35,273 nucleotides of DNA. It comes from Elusimicrobiota bacterium. GTDB lineage: Bacteria > Elusimicrobiota > Elusimicrobia > Elusimicrobiales > UBA9959. The translations under genes were made by a program, and so were the position numbers. Where the stretch lies: contig JBAXKK010000020.1 of assembly GCA_037137395.1 (NCBI GenBank), forward strand, positions 1-35,273. Direction: 5' to 3'. Shown piece after piece: positions 1-9,043 of this stretch (positions within the stretch are counted from its first letter, which is position 1; each line of letters starts with the position of its first letter). The notes under the pieces were generated by a model. It did no database searches and was not told the origin of the DNA. It saw only the letters and a list, made by a program, of their open reading frames with translations.

Positions 1-54
1 AATAAAGTGACACACAACTTAATTAGCAATAATTAAGTTGTGTGTCACTTTATT
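1..54. repeat. Perfect 25-bp inverted repeat with a 4-nt GCAA loop; may extend left of the window
   Basis: 1-25 AATAAAGTGACACACAACTTAATTA is the exact reverse complement of 30-54 TAATTAAGTTGTGTGTCACTTTATT; loop 26-29 is GCAA. Confidence 0.95.
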
Positions 55-977
55 TAATTACCAGCATGAGCCTTTTTTATGGCGGGCAAAGTTTTAAAAA
101 TGTAGAATTTTTATAGGCGAATCACCACGCAAACCATGACGATTAATATTATCAGTCCAAAGGATAACCTGGTCGGGAAAGCCGGGGATATCCTGCTTTC
201 CTCCAAGTCCCTGGCCGACAATATCGTGATTTTCCCGGGTAAAAGGCCGGCGCATTTTTTGCGCAAGTATATTACGGAGAAGCACGGCGGGGCGCTGCGC
301 GCGCCGGTGATCACCTCAATGGACGGCTTTATCGACCTGGCCGCGGAAGAGCTGGGAATAAAAGGCGCCGGGGCTTCCACGCTGGACCTGGCCGAGGTGC
401 TTTATGGCCGGCTTAAAAAAGAACTTTGTCGCGTAATAGCGCGTGATCCGGGTGAGCTGACGCTGGATTCATTCCTGCCATGGGCGCTGAAGCTTATCGG
501 AGATTTTGAAGAGCTTAAAATAGAGCTTAAGACGCAGAAGGACCTGTCAGGCTATGATTCCATACTGCCGGAAGACCTGCGCTCGGCCTCTTTTATAAAG
601 AAACTGGAGAGCTTCAGCCGTCTCTATGGGGATTTCTATAATGAGCTGGAAAAGGAAAATCTGCTGACCCGCTCGGTAAAATACGCGGGCGTTGCGGCGA
701 AGATAGAGAAGTTTGATCACGCGCGATACGAAAATATTATCTTTGCCGGATTCTTCGCCCTTACCAACGCTGAAAAAAACATATTAAAAAGCCTTTGCGC
801 ACGCGGCGCGCATATTCTGCTGGAAGCGGGCCCCGGATTGGAAGAACAATTCCGGTTTTTGGGTCCCGGCCTTGCTTTCCCGGACGCGGACGACACCCCG
901 CCGACCGCATATCATTTCTATAAAGCGTCGGATACGCACGGAGAAATTTTCAAACTTAACCAGGTCCTTAACTCCGC

Positions 978-1012
978 CGCTAATCACTTATCACTAGCCA
1001 CTAATCACTCAG
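978..1012 (+). repeat. Five degenerate heptamer tandem repeats inside the nuclease gene
   Basis: CGCTAAT CACTTAT CACTAGC CACTAAT CACTCAG, encoding ANHLSLATNHS. Confidence 0.65.
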
Positions 1013-1236
1013 TTATCGTTCTGCCTGAAGCCCGGACTCTTTTCCCGCTTATTGAAAATGTTCTGCCTAAGGCAGGTGATTATAATATTTCCATGGGCTA
1101 TCCTCTGGCCGCCACCCCGGTTTACGCACTGCTGGACGCTCTGGGCGACCTGCTGGATAAAAAGGGAGAAGCTGGCTATTTTACGCCCAATTACCTCAAT
1201 TTCGTATTTCATCCGTATGTGAAAAATATATATTTT

Positions 1237-1318
1237 AGCGCGGCAATAGATAGCGGACAGCGCGGGGATAATTTAAAAACCGCCCAATCAACACTAACCA
1301 TTCGCCACTTGCCGCGCT
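1237..1318. repeat. Palindromic heptamer-containing segment closed by a perfect 10-bp inverted repeat, within the reading frame
   Basis: AGCGCGGCAA (1237-1246) pairs with TTGCCGCGCT (1309-1318); internal heptamers CAATCAA CACTAAC CATTCGC CACTTGC (1285-1312). Confidence 0.65.
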
Positions 1319-3081
1319 CGGCTGAGCCGGGCAGAATAATTTTTCAGACAATAGAAGAACATCTCTCCGGCCGCGTGAATAAATACATCGCGCTCAGGGA
1401 AATAGAGGACGACGCGACGCTTCTAAAGGAAGCTTTAGGCAAGCTGAAGGATTACGGCGAAACGGTCGCCCTTGCCGATATCAAGGCGCATATCGCCAAC
1501 ATACACAAAACCCTTATCGCTCCATTCGAGGATGTGAAAAATATAGCCGACTTTGCCGGCAAGCTGCTGAATTTTATCTAACATATCTCGTAGAACAGCA
1601 CCGCGCCGCTGCATCCATACTGGGCGCCTTTCGTCGAGAAAGTCATGGAGCGAATTATCGAGCTGAAGAACTCCCGCCTGGCCGGTGAACGGTTCGATGG
1701 CGCGGCCGGATATTTTAAATTCTTCAATGCCTTCCTGCAGGGCGTCAACTATCCTTTCCCGGGCACCCCGCTTAAAGGGCTGCAGGTGCTGGGCGTGCTT
1801 GAAACCCGCAATCTGAAATTTGACCGGGTCTATTTTCTGGACGCCAATTCCGATATCCTGCCTGCTTCGCGCAAAGAGGATACTATCCTCTCACATTTTG
1901 TGCGCGAAGGTCTGGGCTTGTCCACCTATAAGACGCGCGAGCAGCTGGCGCGCTATTACTTTACCACTCTGGTCACCGGCGCCAAAGAGGCGCACATCTT
2001 CTACAAAGATTCCGCCGCCAAGGAGCGCAGCCCGTTCGTTGAGAAGCTTATCTGGGACCTGGAGCGACAAAAGAGCAAACCGGACGAGTCTGATATCCAT
2101 TTTCGCATCAAGTTCGCTCAGGCCGACCCCGGGCCCATAGCCAAGACCCCGGGGATAATAGCCGCCCTTAAAAAGCGCGAATTCTCACCCTCGGCCATAG
2201 ACACCTACCTGAACTGCGGCCTTAAGTTTTATTATCAATACGCTCTGCGCCTGCGCGAGAAGGACGAGATCTCAGACGATATAGAGCAGCGCGACATCGG
2301 CACTATCGTCCACGAGATCCTTGAAAGTTTTTTTAAGCCCCGCGTCGGCAGGCCGCTGGCTATAATTGAAGCGGACTATAAGAGTATCCTTGAAGATGCC
2401 GGCAGGGTTTTTGAAGCAAAACTGAGAGGGCACAACGCCGGCTTTGAATACCTCATAAAGAGGCAGGTGGAGCGCCGACTGCGCGAAATACTGGATTATC
2501 ACCGGGACAATCTGGCCGGCATCACGATCCTGGCCTGCGAAACCGACCTTAAAGCGGAGTTGACGACCAGATACGGCGCGATAAAGCTGAGAGGCCGGGC
2601 TGATCGCGTGGACCTGCGCGGCGGCGTAACTCACATCCTGGACTACAAAACCGGCGCCCGCGCCGACGCGCCCAACTGGGAAAAATTCGATTTCGGTCTG
2701 AGGGAGGACTGGGCTAAAACCTTAAAATCCACGCAATTGCCTTTCTATATTCTGGCCTACCTGCGCGAGAATAAAGGTTCCGATATCCGCGGCATGGACG
2801 CCTCGCTGATGCTTTTGGGCTCTGAAAAAATAGCGGAAGAATCGCTGTTTAAAGAAAGGCATGCTAAAAGTCCGGACAAAGCTGCCGTCTTTGGCGTCTA
2901 TCGGCAGACCATAACCGCCCTTATAGAAGAGATTCTGGACCCCGGCCTGCCCTTCGCCCCGGCCACGGAGGAAGCCCATTGCGCTATTTGCCCTTTTAAG
3001 GTCCTTTGCGCGCGACAATGGGTGGAGTGATAAAACAGATATAAAGCCGCTCTGCAGGTCCAATAATCGGAGCGGGTAAGA

Positions 3082-3115
3082 GAGCCTTCCTGTAGCGGGA
3101 GGGCTCATTTTTTTT
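3082..3115 (+). terminator. Rho-independent terminator after the nuclease gene
   Basis: GAGCCTTCC / GGAGGGCTC stem followed by ATTTTTTTT. Confidence 0.75.
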
Positions 3116-3137
3116 AGATTCGCCTTTGGATGGATGA

Positions 3138-4571
3138 TCAGGGATGATCAGGGTTGTCTTCGTCGCCGTTTATGTGCGAGAGTGCTGAATTGCTGCCTTC
3201 CGCCGCGCGCACACGGTCCAGTATCGTCTGCCATGACGGTTTCTGGGCCATGGTCACGCTGGTAAGCAGAGTCACGTCGACTTTCGCGCCAACTTCAAAA
3301 GCTGCGCCTATGCCGGTGGTTATTATATCCAGGTTCTTTGTGCCTTTGGGGTCGGAACCTGAACGCTTGAGCCTGAAGAAAGCGCTATTGTAGTAGGCGT
3401 AGGTCGAGCAGCCCTGAAAGATAAAGATCTGGTACTTGTCTTTGGGCAGTGCCAGAGGCCCGCCGGTGTCCTCGGCCAGACGGTCGGGGTTCAGGTAGTT
3501 GCCAAGGCCGGAATGGCCGTCGTAAAGAAAGATATCGGCGGTTTTCATGCCTTTGACGGCTTCCTGGGAGAATTCCACTGAGCCCGGATTCATGAGCCGC
3601 ATTTCGACAGAGGCGCGCTTGGCGCCGAAGCGGAAGGAAAGCCTTTTGCGGCGGGGCTCGTCTACCGTCACCTGGAACCCGGCCCCTTTGAGCCCTGCAA
3701 AAGCGTCTTTAAAGGTCTGCTTGCCAAGGTCCCCGTTCCTGAAATTCTCATCCACGCCTACCAGATATGTGACCTGCAGTACGTCGCCGTTTCCGTTCTC
3801 GCCGTAAAGCCTGGCGTACTCGGGATAGGTGTTATGCGTTACCTGGATCGGGGTCAGGTCGGTATTCACGACCACCAGGTCGTCGCTGGTTATAGGGCAA
3901 CCTTCCTGATAAGGGTTCCAGAAGTACCAAAAATCGTCTTCGCTGTTATAATGCTCGTCGGTACATCGGTTTTTGCGTGAGCCAGGGGTTGGAAAGCCCT
4001 TTTGGTAGATGGTTGCAGGGTCTTTGGGCAGTAAGAACTGGATGCGCGTCGCGCCGGAGCCACGAAACAGGTTCTTTGAAAAGACCACTATGTCGTCGTA
4101 GGAGTAGGAGATCCAGGCGTAAGGTTCGTTCGGTACTTTTTCGGCGCCAATGAGTCCGACCTTGTAGTCGCCGGAAGGGATACCCGGGTTGTCCACGAAG
4201 CCGGGGTGGGTGGTGAATGCCCCGTACATGTGCTGGAGCTGCAGATCTATCAGTTCGGAGATATTCTGTTTTTGGTCGGGGTCGGAAAGTATCTGCGATA
4301 CAGGGCCGGTATAGCGGGCCGGCACCTCATAAAGGAGATAGGTGGTAAACCGCATTCGCGCCTGACGGGAATCGGAACCGTACCATCTGGAGGTGGTAAG
4401 GTTCTGGTCCGTGCTTGAAATATCTCCGGAAATGTCTGGGGTTATAGAAAGTGGTTGGGCGGCGGCCGAATCTTTAAGCGAGGAGGCGGTCACAGCCAAA
4501 TCGTCGAAACTGGCGGCATACGTTATGCCGGTCAGTCCGAATAGTATGGCCGCAAAAATAAGTCTTTTCAT
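3138..4571 (-). CDS. Secreted hypothetical protein; candidate clan CD (caspase/gingipain-fold) cysteine peptidase
   Basis: 477 aa; Sec-type signal MKRLIFAAILFGLTGITYA; C-terminal half has DIFLYDGHSG and QIFIFQGCST (hydrophobic strand + His, hydrophobic strand + Cys). The CDS is secure; the function is inferred. Confidence 0.75.
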   Translation of the reverse strand: MKRLIFAAILFGLTGITYAASFDDLAVTASSLKDSAAAQPLSITPDISGDISSTDQNLTTSRWYGSDSRQARMRFTTYLLYEVPARYTGPVSQILSDPDQKQNISELIDLQLQHMYGAFTTHPGFVDNPGIPSGDYKVGLIGAEKVPNEPYAWISYSYDDIVVFSKNLFRGSGATRIQFLLPKDPATIYQKGFPTPGSRKNRCTDEHYNSEDDFWYFWNPYQEGCPITSDDLVVVNTDLTPIQVTHNTYPEYARLYGENGNGDVLQVTYLVGVDENFRNGDLGKQTFKDAFAGLKGAGFQVTVDEPRRKRLSFRFGAKRASVEMRLMNPGSVEFSQEAVKGMKTADIFLYDGHSGLGNYLNPDRLAEDTGGPLALPKDKYQIFIFQGCSTYAYYNSAFFRLKRSGSDPKGTKNLDIITTGIGAAFEVGAKVDVTLLTSVTMAQKPSWQTILDRVRAAEGSNSALSHINGDEDNPDHP

Positions 4572-4731
4572 GGTTTAAGCATATAACCGCTCCACGCCGC
4601 GCTTTTAACCGGTTAATGATATATTCATATTATTCTATATTCGGATAGGGACCGCATGGGCCAAAAGCTTGCCTGGGGCATGAAAAAGTGCCCCTTGTTT
4701 TATAGGCCTTTCGGCCCAGGAATCTGTTTGC

Positions 4732-4947
4732 GAAAACAATAATGGAACGGCGGGGCTGGCAGCGGCTGCCAGGTCGGGATGGCCACAACGGCCAGGTCGG
4801 GGGCCTGCCAGCCATGGGCCCCATCGAGCCTGTGGCCGGCCCGGCGACTGACCTATGGGCGTGCCGCAACAGGGCCTATGGCCAACAGGCGGCCTACGCG
4901 CCGGTTCTTCCTCGGCCCGATCCAACCCATGTCTGTCACCCCTCCCT
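4732..4947. repeat. Dispersed structured repeat, family 1, copy 1
   Basis: Colinear with 8800-9030; 79-bp core 4839-4917 is identical to 8920-8998; ends pair imperfectly (GGGGCTGGCAG / CTGTCACCCC). Confidence 0.9.
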
Positions 4948-5012
4948 TATACCCCACCGTACTTAAAATTTTTTAGGGAGACATGATTTTGTTATGGAGA
5001 AACCCATCAAGC

Positions 5013-5069
5013 GGCGTGGGTGGCAGGGGCGCCGGTTCCGCGTTCCGGTCACCTGACGGGCCCCACGCC
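5013..5069. repeat. Dispersed structured repeat, family 2, internally deleted copy
   Basis: GGCGTGGGTGGCAGGGG joined to CGCCGGTTCCGCGTTCCGG..CCTGACGGGCCCCACG matches both ends of the reverse complement of 16180-16330, with about 85 nt of the centre missing. Confidence 0.8.
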
Positions 5070-5200
5070 AGTTTATCAATAGGCTGAAGTTTTTTGGAAC
5101 AGACGTGCTAAAGGCTCAGGAATCTGTTTACGACGGGTGTTTTGCCGAAGGGCTGTAAAAAGTGTAGTATAGATTAGATTTGATTTCCCGGGGGTTCAAA

Positions 5201-5821
5201 ATGTCTTCCGCAAAAAAGCGGCCTTACAAAATAGCTCTAATTTCAACGCACGGCACCGGCAAAACCACGCTCTGCTACGAGGTGGCGGCGGAGCTGAAGA
5301 AACGCGGGCTTAAAGTGAAAGTATTTTCGGAGATAGCGGCCGCCGCTTTCGAGCAGGGCATCCCGATAAACGAAAACACCACGCTGCCGGCCCAGATGTA
5401 CATAATGATGCTGCATATCACCGAGGAGCTGCGCGCGACCGTGCGCAATTACCAGGTGGTGGTCTGCGACCGCAGCGTGTTTGACAATCTGGCCTACATG
5501 GAGCGGCGATGCGGCTCGAACCAGTTTATACGCGATTTCCTGCAGGGCTACGCAGAAAAATTCCCCTACGATGTGATTTACAAGCTGCCGATGGTCGGCG
5601 AGCTTGTTGACGACGGCATACGCGACGCCCTGAGCCGCGAGTTCCAGGCGGATATTTATAACCGCCTCAACATCCTGCTGGAAGAACTGAAGATAGAGCA
5701 CAGAACGCTGCCTGCCCCCAACACCGAGCTTCGCAAGGAGTGGGCGGACCTGATAGTAAAAGAAACTCTGGAAGCCCTGGGCCGCCCGGCCCCGGCCGAG
5801 AGAGAAAAAACCGCAGTCTGA
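5201..5821 (+). CDS. P-loop NTPase/kinase, NadR/Ttd14-like (AAA_28 type)
   Basis: Walker A STHGTGKTT, VVVCDRS motif and DDGIR near the C-terminus; ATG at 5201 preferred over the upstream TTG. Confidence 0.8.
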   Translation: MSSAKKRPYKIALISTHGTGKTTLCYEVAAELKKRGLKVKVFSEIAAAAFEQGIPINENTTLPAQMYIMMLHITEELRATVRNYQVVVCDRSVFDNLAYMERRCGSNQFIRDFLQGYAEKFPYDVIYKLPMVGELVDDGIRDALSREFQADIYNRLNILLEELKIEHRTLPAPNTELRKEWADLIVKETLEALGRPAPAEREKTAV

Positions 5822-5936
5822 AGCCGCATGGGCGGCAAATACCGCTTTTTTGACGATGCGGTTTCATGTTTGGTATCATAGTTCTGGCGGCGTTACCCAA
5901 CTTGCGCGTGAGATAAGGAAGCTTAAACCACAACAT

Positions 5937-6848
5937 ATGAAAAACACGATTTTAGTCGTCGGTTCTGTCGCGCTGGATTCAGTGCAAACCATACACGGCC
6001 GCACTAATAAGGCCCTCGGCGGTTCGGCTGTGCATTTTTCCATGTCCGCTTCGCAGTTCACTCCGGTGAGGATAGTGGGTGTTGTCGGGGAGGATTTCCC
6101 CGGACCCTTCCGCCGGCTTTTAAAGCGCCGCAATATCTGCCTGGAGGGACTGCGGGTAATGCCGGGCAAAACCTTTCACTGGAAGGGACGGTACGACAGG
6201 GATTTTAAGAACGCCACCACCATCGCCACGCACCTTAATGTCTTTGAACATTTTAAACCTAAGCTTAACCGCGCTCACACCGAATGCGGGGTGCTGTTTC
6301 TGGCCAACATAGACCCGGACCTGCAGAGGGATGTACTGACCCAGATGGGGAAACCCAGGCTTGTGGCCTGCGACACCATGAATTACTGGATAACACTCAA
6401 GAGAAAATCCCTTGTGAAACTTTTGTCCCAGGTTAACCTGCTTTTTGTGAACGAAGAAGAGGCGCGGCAATTGACCAGGGAGCATAACCTTATAAAGGCC
6501 GCGAAGATACTGACCGGGATGGGCCCGCAGGCGATAGTCATCAAAAGAGGTGATAGCGGTTCGATGCTGTTCTACGGCGGAGAGGTTCTTGCTATCCCCG
6601 CCCAGCCGATAGAAAAAGTTGTTGATCCGACAGGGGCCGGCGATACTTTTGCAGGCGGGTTCATGGGCTATCTTGCTGCTTCACCAGACTGGCGGAGTCT
6701 TGACGTCTTAAAACGCGCCATGTCCTACGGCACAGTGTTGTCATCCTTCAGCGTTGAAGATTTCAGCGTGAAAAGAGTTGGCCGGCTTTCAAAATCGGAG
6801 ATACACGACCGATACAAGAAGTATGTGAAGGCGCTTTCGATAAAATAA
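5937..6848 (+). CDS. PfkB-family sugar/nucleoside kinase
   Basis: GSVALD, LGGSA, NEEEA and DPTGAGDTFAGG (PfkB signature); ATG at 5937. Confidence 0.92.
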   Translation: MKNTILVVGSVALDSVQTIHGRTNKALGGSAVHFSMSASQFTPVRIVGVVGEDFPGPFRRLLKRRNICLEGLRVMPGKTFHWKGRYDRDFKNATTIATHLNVFEHFKPKLNRAHTECGVLFLANIDPDLQRDVLTQMGKPRLVACDTMNYWITLKRKSLVKLLSQVNLLFVNEEEARQLTREHNLIKAAKILTGMGPQAIVIKRGDSGSMLFYGGEVLAIPAQPIEKVVDPTGAGDTFAGGFMGYLAASPDWRSLDVLKRAMSYGTVLSSFSVEDFSVKRVGRLSKSEIHDRYKKYVKALSIK

Positions 6849-6889
6849 ATCCGCGGCCTATCCTGAAGCCGCATCCTTTAAGTCCGGAT

Positions 6890-6931
6890 AATAAAAACGG
6901 CGACCGCTTTAAGCGGACGCCGTTTTTATTT
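6890..6931. terminator. Bidirectional rho-independent terminator between convergent genes
   Basis: AATAAAAACGGCG-A-CCGC...GCGG-A-CGCCGTTTTTATT, with A and T tracts on both sides. Confidence 0.85.
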
Positions 6932-6950
6932 ACATTCTATTGGCTGTATA

Positions 6951-7964
6951 TCAGTTGAACAGCGGTTGCACCCGTCCCCAGCTTCCGTCAGTATTGATAC
7001 CTTCCATGGTTTTATTGAGCGCTTCAATCCTTCTCTGCGCGTCCTTGGACTGGTAAGCGATGGTGATCATGGCGAAATTTACAAAGGTTTCCAGCTCAGA
7101 ATAGGCGATTTTAAAGAAACCATTCTCGCCCCAGTCGGGGCCCCAGCTGTTCTTGACTATGAAATACTGTTCCGCGTCGTTGTAGCCGACCAGCAGCACG
7201 GCGTGACCGCCCAACCGGCTGCCGGTTGTGTGCGTGTATATCCCGGATTTATAATACATGAAGTCTTCGTACACATAAAAAGCGGTGGGTAGCGGGCCGT
7301 AAGTGTTTAGAGCCTTTTGCAGGGCGGAGAGATGGCCGGAGACGGAGCCCCAGGATCCTATTTTATAGGCCGAGCTCTGCCAGCCGGGTGCGGCGGAGGC
7401 GCAGGAACCGTCGGTGGCGGTATACGGGTAAGCCGCTTCAATGGGCAGACCGGTATTTTCCAGATAATTGGCGTTAAGTCTGCCGCCGTTGCAGGACCCG
7501 GCTCCGCTGCAGGATAACATCACCTGCTCGGACAGGTCTATATCCGTGGCGCCGGTGTTTTGTGTCCGCAGGATGTGGGATTCAAGTCCGGCGGTCATGG
7601 CGAAGGCCCAGCAGGAACCGCATTTTGCCTGATCCCGGACGCCGGTTACATAATTGCCGTTATTGTCACGCCAGTCAAGGCTGGGAGGCTGGGGGGCGAA
7701 CACGGCCGGTTCTTCGATGGGGGGCACATTTATCGGCTGGAAATTCAGGCCGACACGAAATTTCCACTCTTCGCGCGACATTTTTGAAAGGGAGGTTTCC
7801 CCGGCCACCCATTTGGCCCCTTTTTTTTGTATGAGAGATTGTATGGTCGATATCTGATCTTTAACGCTGCCCGAAAGGGGGGCAGCAAACGACGGCGTAT
7901 TGCCGGCTAAAAAAGCCAGGACAGCAGCCGAGAGCGCCGCAAAAACTTTAATATTCTTTTTCAT
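6951..7964 (-). CDS. Secreted papain-family (C1A) cysteine protease
   Basis: QAKCGSCWAF, DLSEQ, GGHAV and KNSWG catalytic motifs; signal peptide ending SFA; GAGGAG RBS upstream of ATG 7964. Confidence 0.95.
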   Translation of the reverse strand: MKKNIKVFAALSAAVLAFLAGNTPSFAAPLSGSVKDQISTIQSLIQKKGAKWVAGETSLSKMSREEWKFRVGLNFQPINVPPIEEPAVFAPQPPSLDWRDNNGNYVTGVRDQAKCGSCWAFAMTAGLESHILRTQNTGATDIDLSEQVMLSCSGAGSCNGGRLNANYLENTGLPIEAAYPYTATDGSCASAAPGWQSSAYKIGSWGSVSGHLSALQKALNTYGPLPTAFYVYEDFMYYKSGIYTHTTGSRLGGHAVLLVGYNDAEQYFIVKNSWGPDWGENGFFKIAYSELETFVNFAMITIAYQSKDAQRRIEALNKTMEGINTDGSWGRVQPLFN

Positions 7965-8105
7965 CGATGTTCTCCTCAATTTTTACCCGCCGTCCGCTGT
8001 TGAAACCACTGCCGGCGAACGAGACTGCCTGATTCACGGTGGAGGATATTCTACCATGATTTTAATACAGACGCCATAACGCGGAGGACCTTAGCGGTGC
8101 CCGGC

Positions 8106-8138
8106 AAAAAAACGGCCCGGCTTTTCGCCGGACCGTTC
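8106..8138 (-). terminator. Rho-independent terminator for the 8158-8622 gene
   Basis: Minus strand reads AACGGTCCGGC-GAAAA-GCCGGGCCGTTTTTTT. Confidence 0.75.
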
Positions 8139-8157
8139 TTGAGTTTGGGCCGTTTCT

Positions 8158-8622
8158 TTAGAGCAGTTTTACACAATTGGCCACGATCTTGTTGGTGATA
8201 TTGTCGCTGAGCATAAGGAAATAATCGCCCTGACTGCATTTTATTTCCTTATAGTTGGATATACCGAATTCTTTCGCAGCCTGCTGCGGGTTTTTTAGAA
8301 TGTCGGCGCTGGCTGGCATTATCTCAATGTTCTGATCAGCCCCGTCAGCCTTGCGGTACCCGCTAAACGAAGCTCCTTCGCCGCTAATTTCAAATACCAG
8401 CGATCCGATGATGATTTTTGAATCTGACATGAATCCGCCGAAAGTGATGTTGACCGGAAGTTTCTTGCCTTCCAGCACAACGGCGCCGGCAAGTTTCTGC
8501 GCGCTTTTCTGCTCCCCGCTATAAATGCCGGGCAGTTCCGTATTCAGTTTAGGAGTTTCCGCAGCCGCAGCCACGCCCGCAAGTAAGGTTATTACAAGAA
8601 TCGCGTTGAGATACATTTTCAT
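8158..8622 (-). CDS. Secreted hypothetical protein
   Basis: 154 aa; signal peptide MKMYLNAILVITLLAGVAAA; TGGAGA RBS; terminator downstream. Confidence 0.75.
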   Translation of the reverse strand: MKMYLNAILVITLLAGVAAAAETPKLNTELPGIYSGEQKSAQKLAGAVVLEGKKLPVNITFGGFMSDSKIIIGSLVFEISGEGASFSGYRKADGADQNIEIMPASADILKNPQQAAKEFGISNYKEIKCSQGDYFLMLSDNITNKIVANCVKLL

Positions 8623-8773
8623 TTATATTTTCTCCATAGTATTTCTATATTTGGCGGGCGGCTGTGCCAGCCTTGACTATCTAAAGTGTAGCGTAACTGC
8701 GGGGAAGATATAAGAGGCAAAGGGCCCGGTTAAGGAATGTTTTTTAACCCATATCCGCGTAGGTCGTATGGTC

Positions 8774-9043
8774 CTGGGTCTAAAGCACGGTTGTCCCAAG
8801 AAAACAATAGGGGAATGGCGGGGTTGGCAGTTCTGGACGGCAGCAGCTGCCAGGTCGGCATGGCCGCTACCGCTAGTCTCGGGGTCCTGTCAGCCATGGG
8901 GCCCATCGGCCTGCGGCCAGCCCGGCGACTGACCTATGGGCGTGCCGCAACAGGGCCTATGGCCAACAGGCGGCCTACGCGCCGGTTCTTCCTCGGCCGA
9001 TCCGACCCATGGCCGCCACCCCGCCACTACACTGGGTCTAAAG
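8774..9043. mobile_element. Family-1 structured repeat, copy 2, flanked by a 12-bp direct repeat (non-autonomous insertion)
   Basis: CTGGGTCTAAAG at 8774-8785 and 9032-9043 brackets 246 bp homologous to 4732-4947; outer stem TGGCGGGG-T-TGGC / GCCA-CCCCGCCA. Confidence 0.75.

Larger units (their letters stand above)
136..3030 (+). pseudogene. AddB/RecB-like protein (degenerate helicase-like N-terminus plus PD-(D/E)XK nuclease) interrupted by two in-frame stops; pseudogene or sequence error
   Basis: ORFs 136-1581 and 1645-3030 are in the same frame, separated only by TAA 1579-1581 and TAG 1591-1593 (NFI*HIS*NSTAPLHPYW). The C-terminal part has SPSAIDTYLNC, GTIVHEILE, GRADRVD, ILDYKTG, QLPFY and CAICPFKVLC, i.e. 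RecB-family nuclease motifs with Fe-S staple cysteines. Confidence 0.8.

Noticed and set aside
1579..1593. Stop-codon reassignment (TAA/TAG read as Gln) to explain the split nuclease gene
   Set aside because: TAA and TAG end many clear genes in the window at their expected C-termini (e.g. 6848, 10358, 14893, 16812, 23231), and no other gene has internal stops.
3132..3151. 10-bp tandem duplication GGATGATCAG at the end of the 3138-4571 gene
   Set aside because: Only two units; a trivial slippage with no evident consequence.
4630..4976. Short ORFs here and at 8737-9087 that share the peptide GPMANRRPTRRFFLG
   Set aside because: The similarity comes from the non-coding family-1 repeat; indels between copies break the frame and there is no RBS.
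4713..5133. CRISPR array or attL/attR pair suggested by the 21-bp direct repeats
   Set aside because: Only two repeats, 400 bp apart, with no cas gene or integrase in the window.
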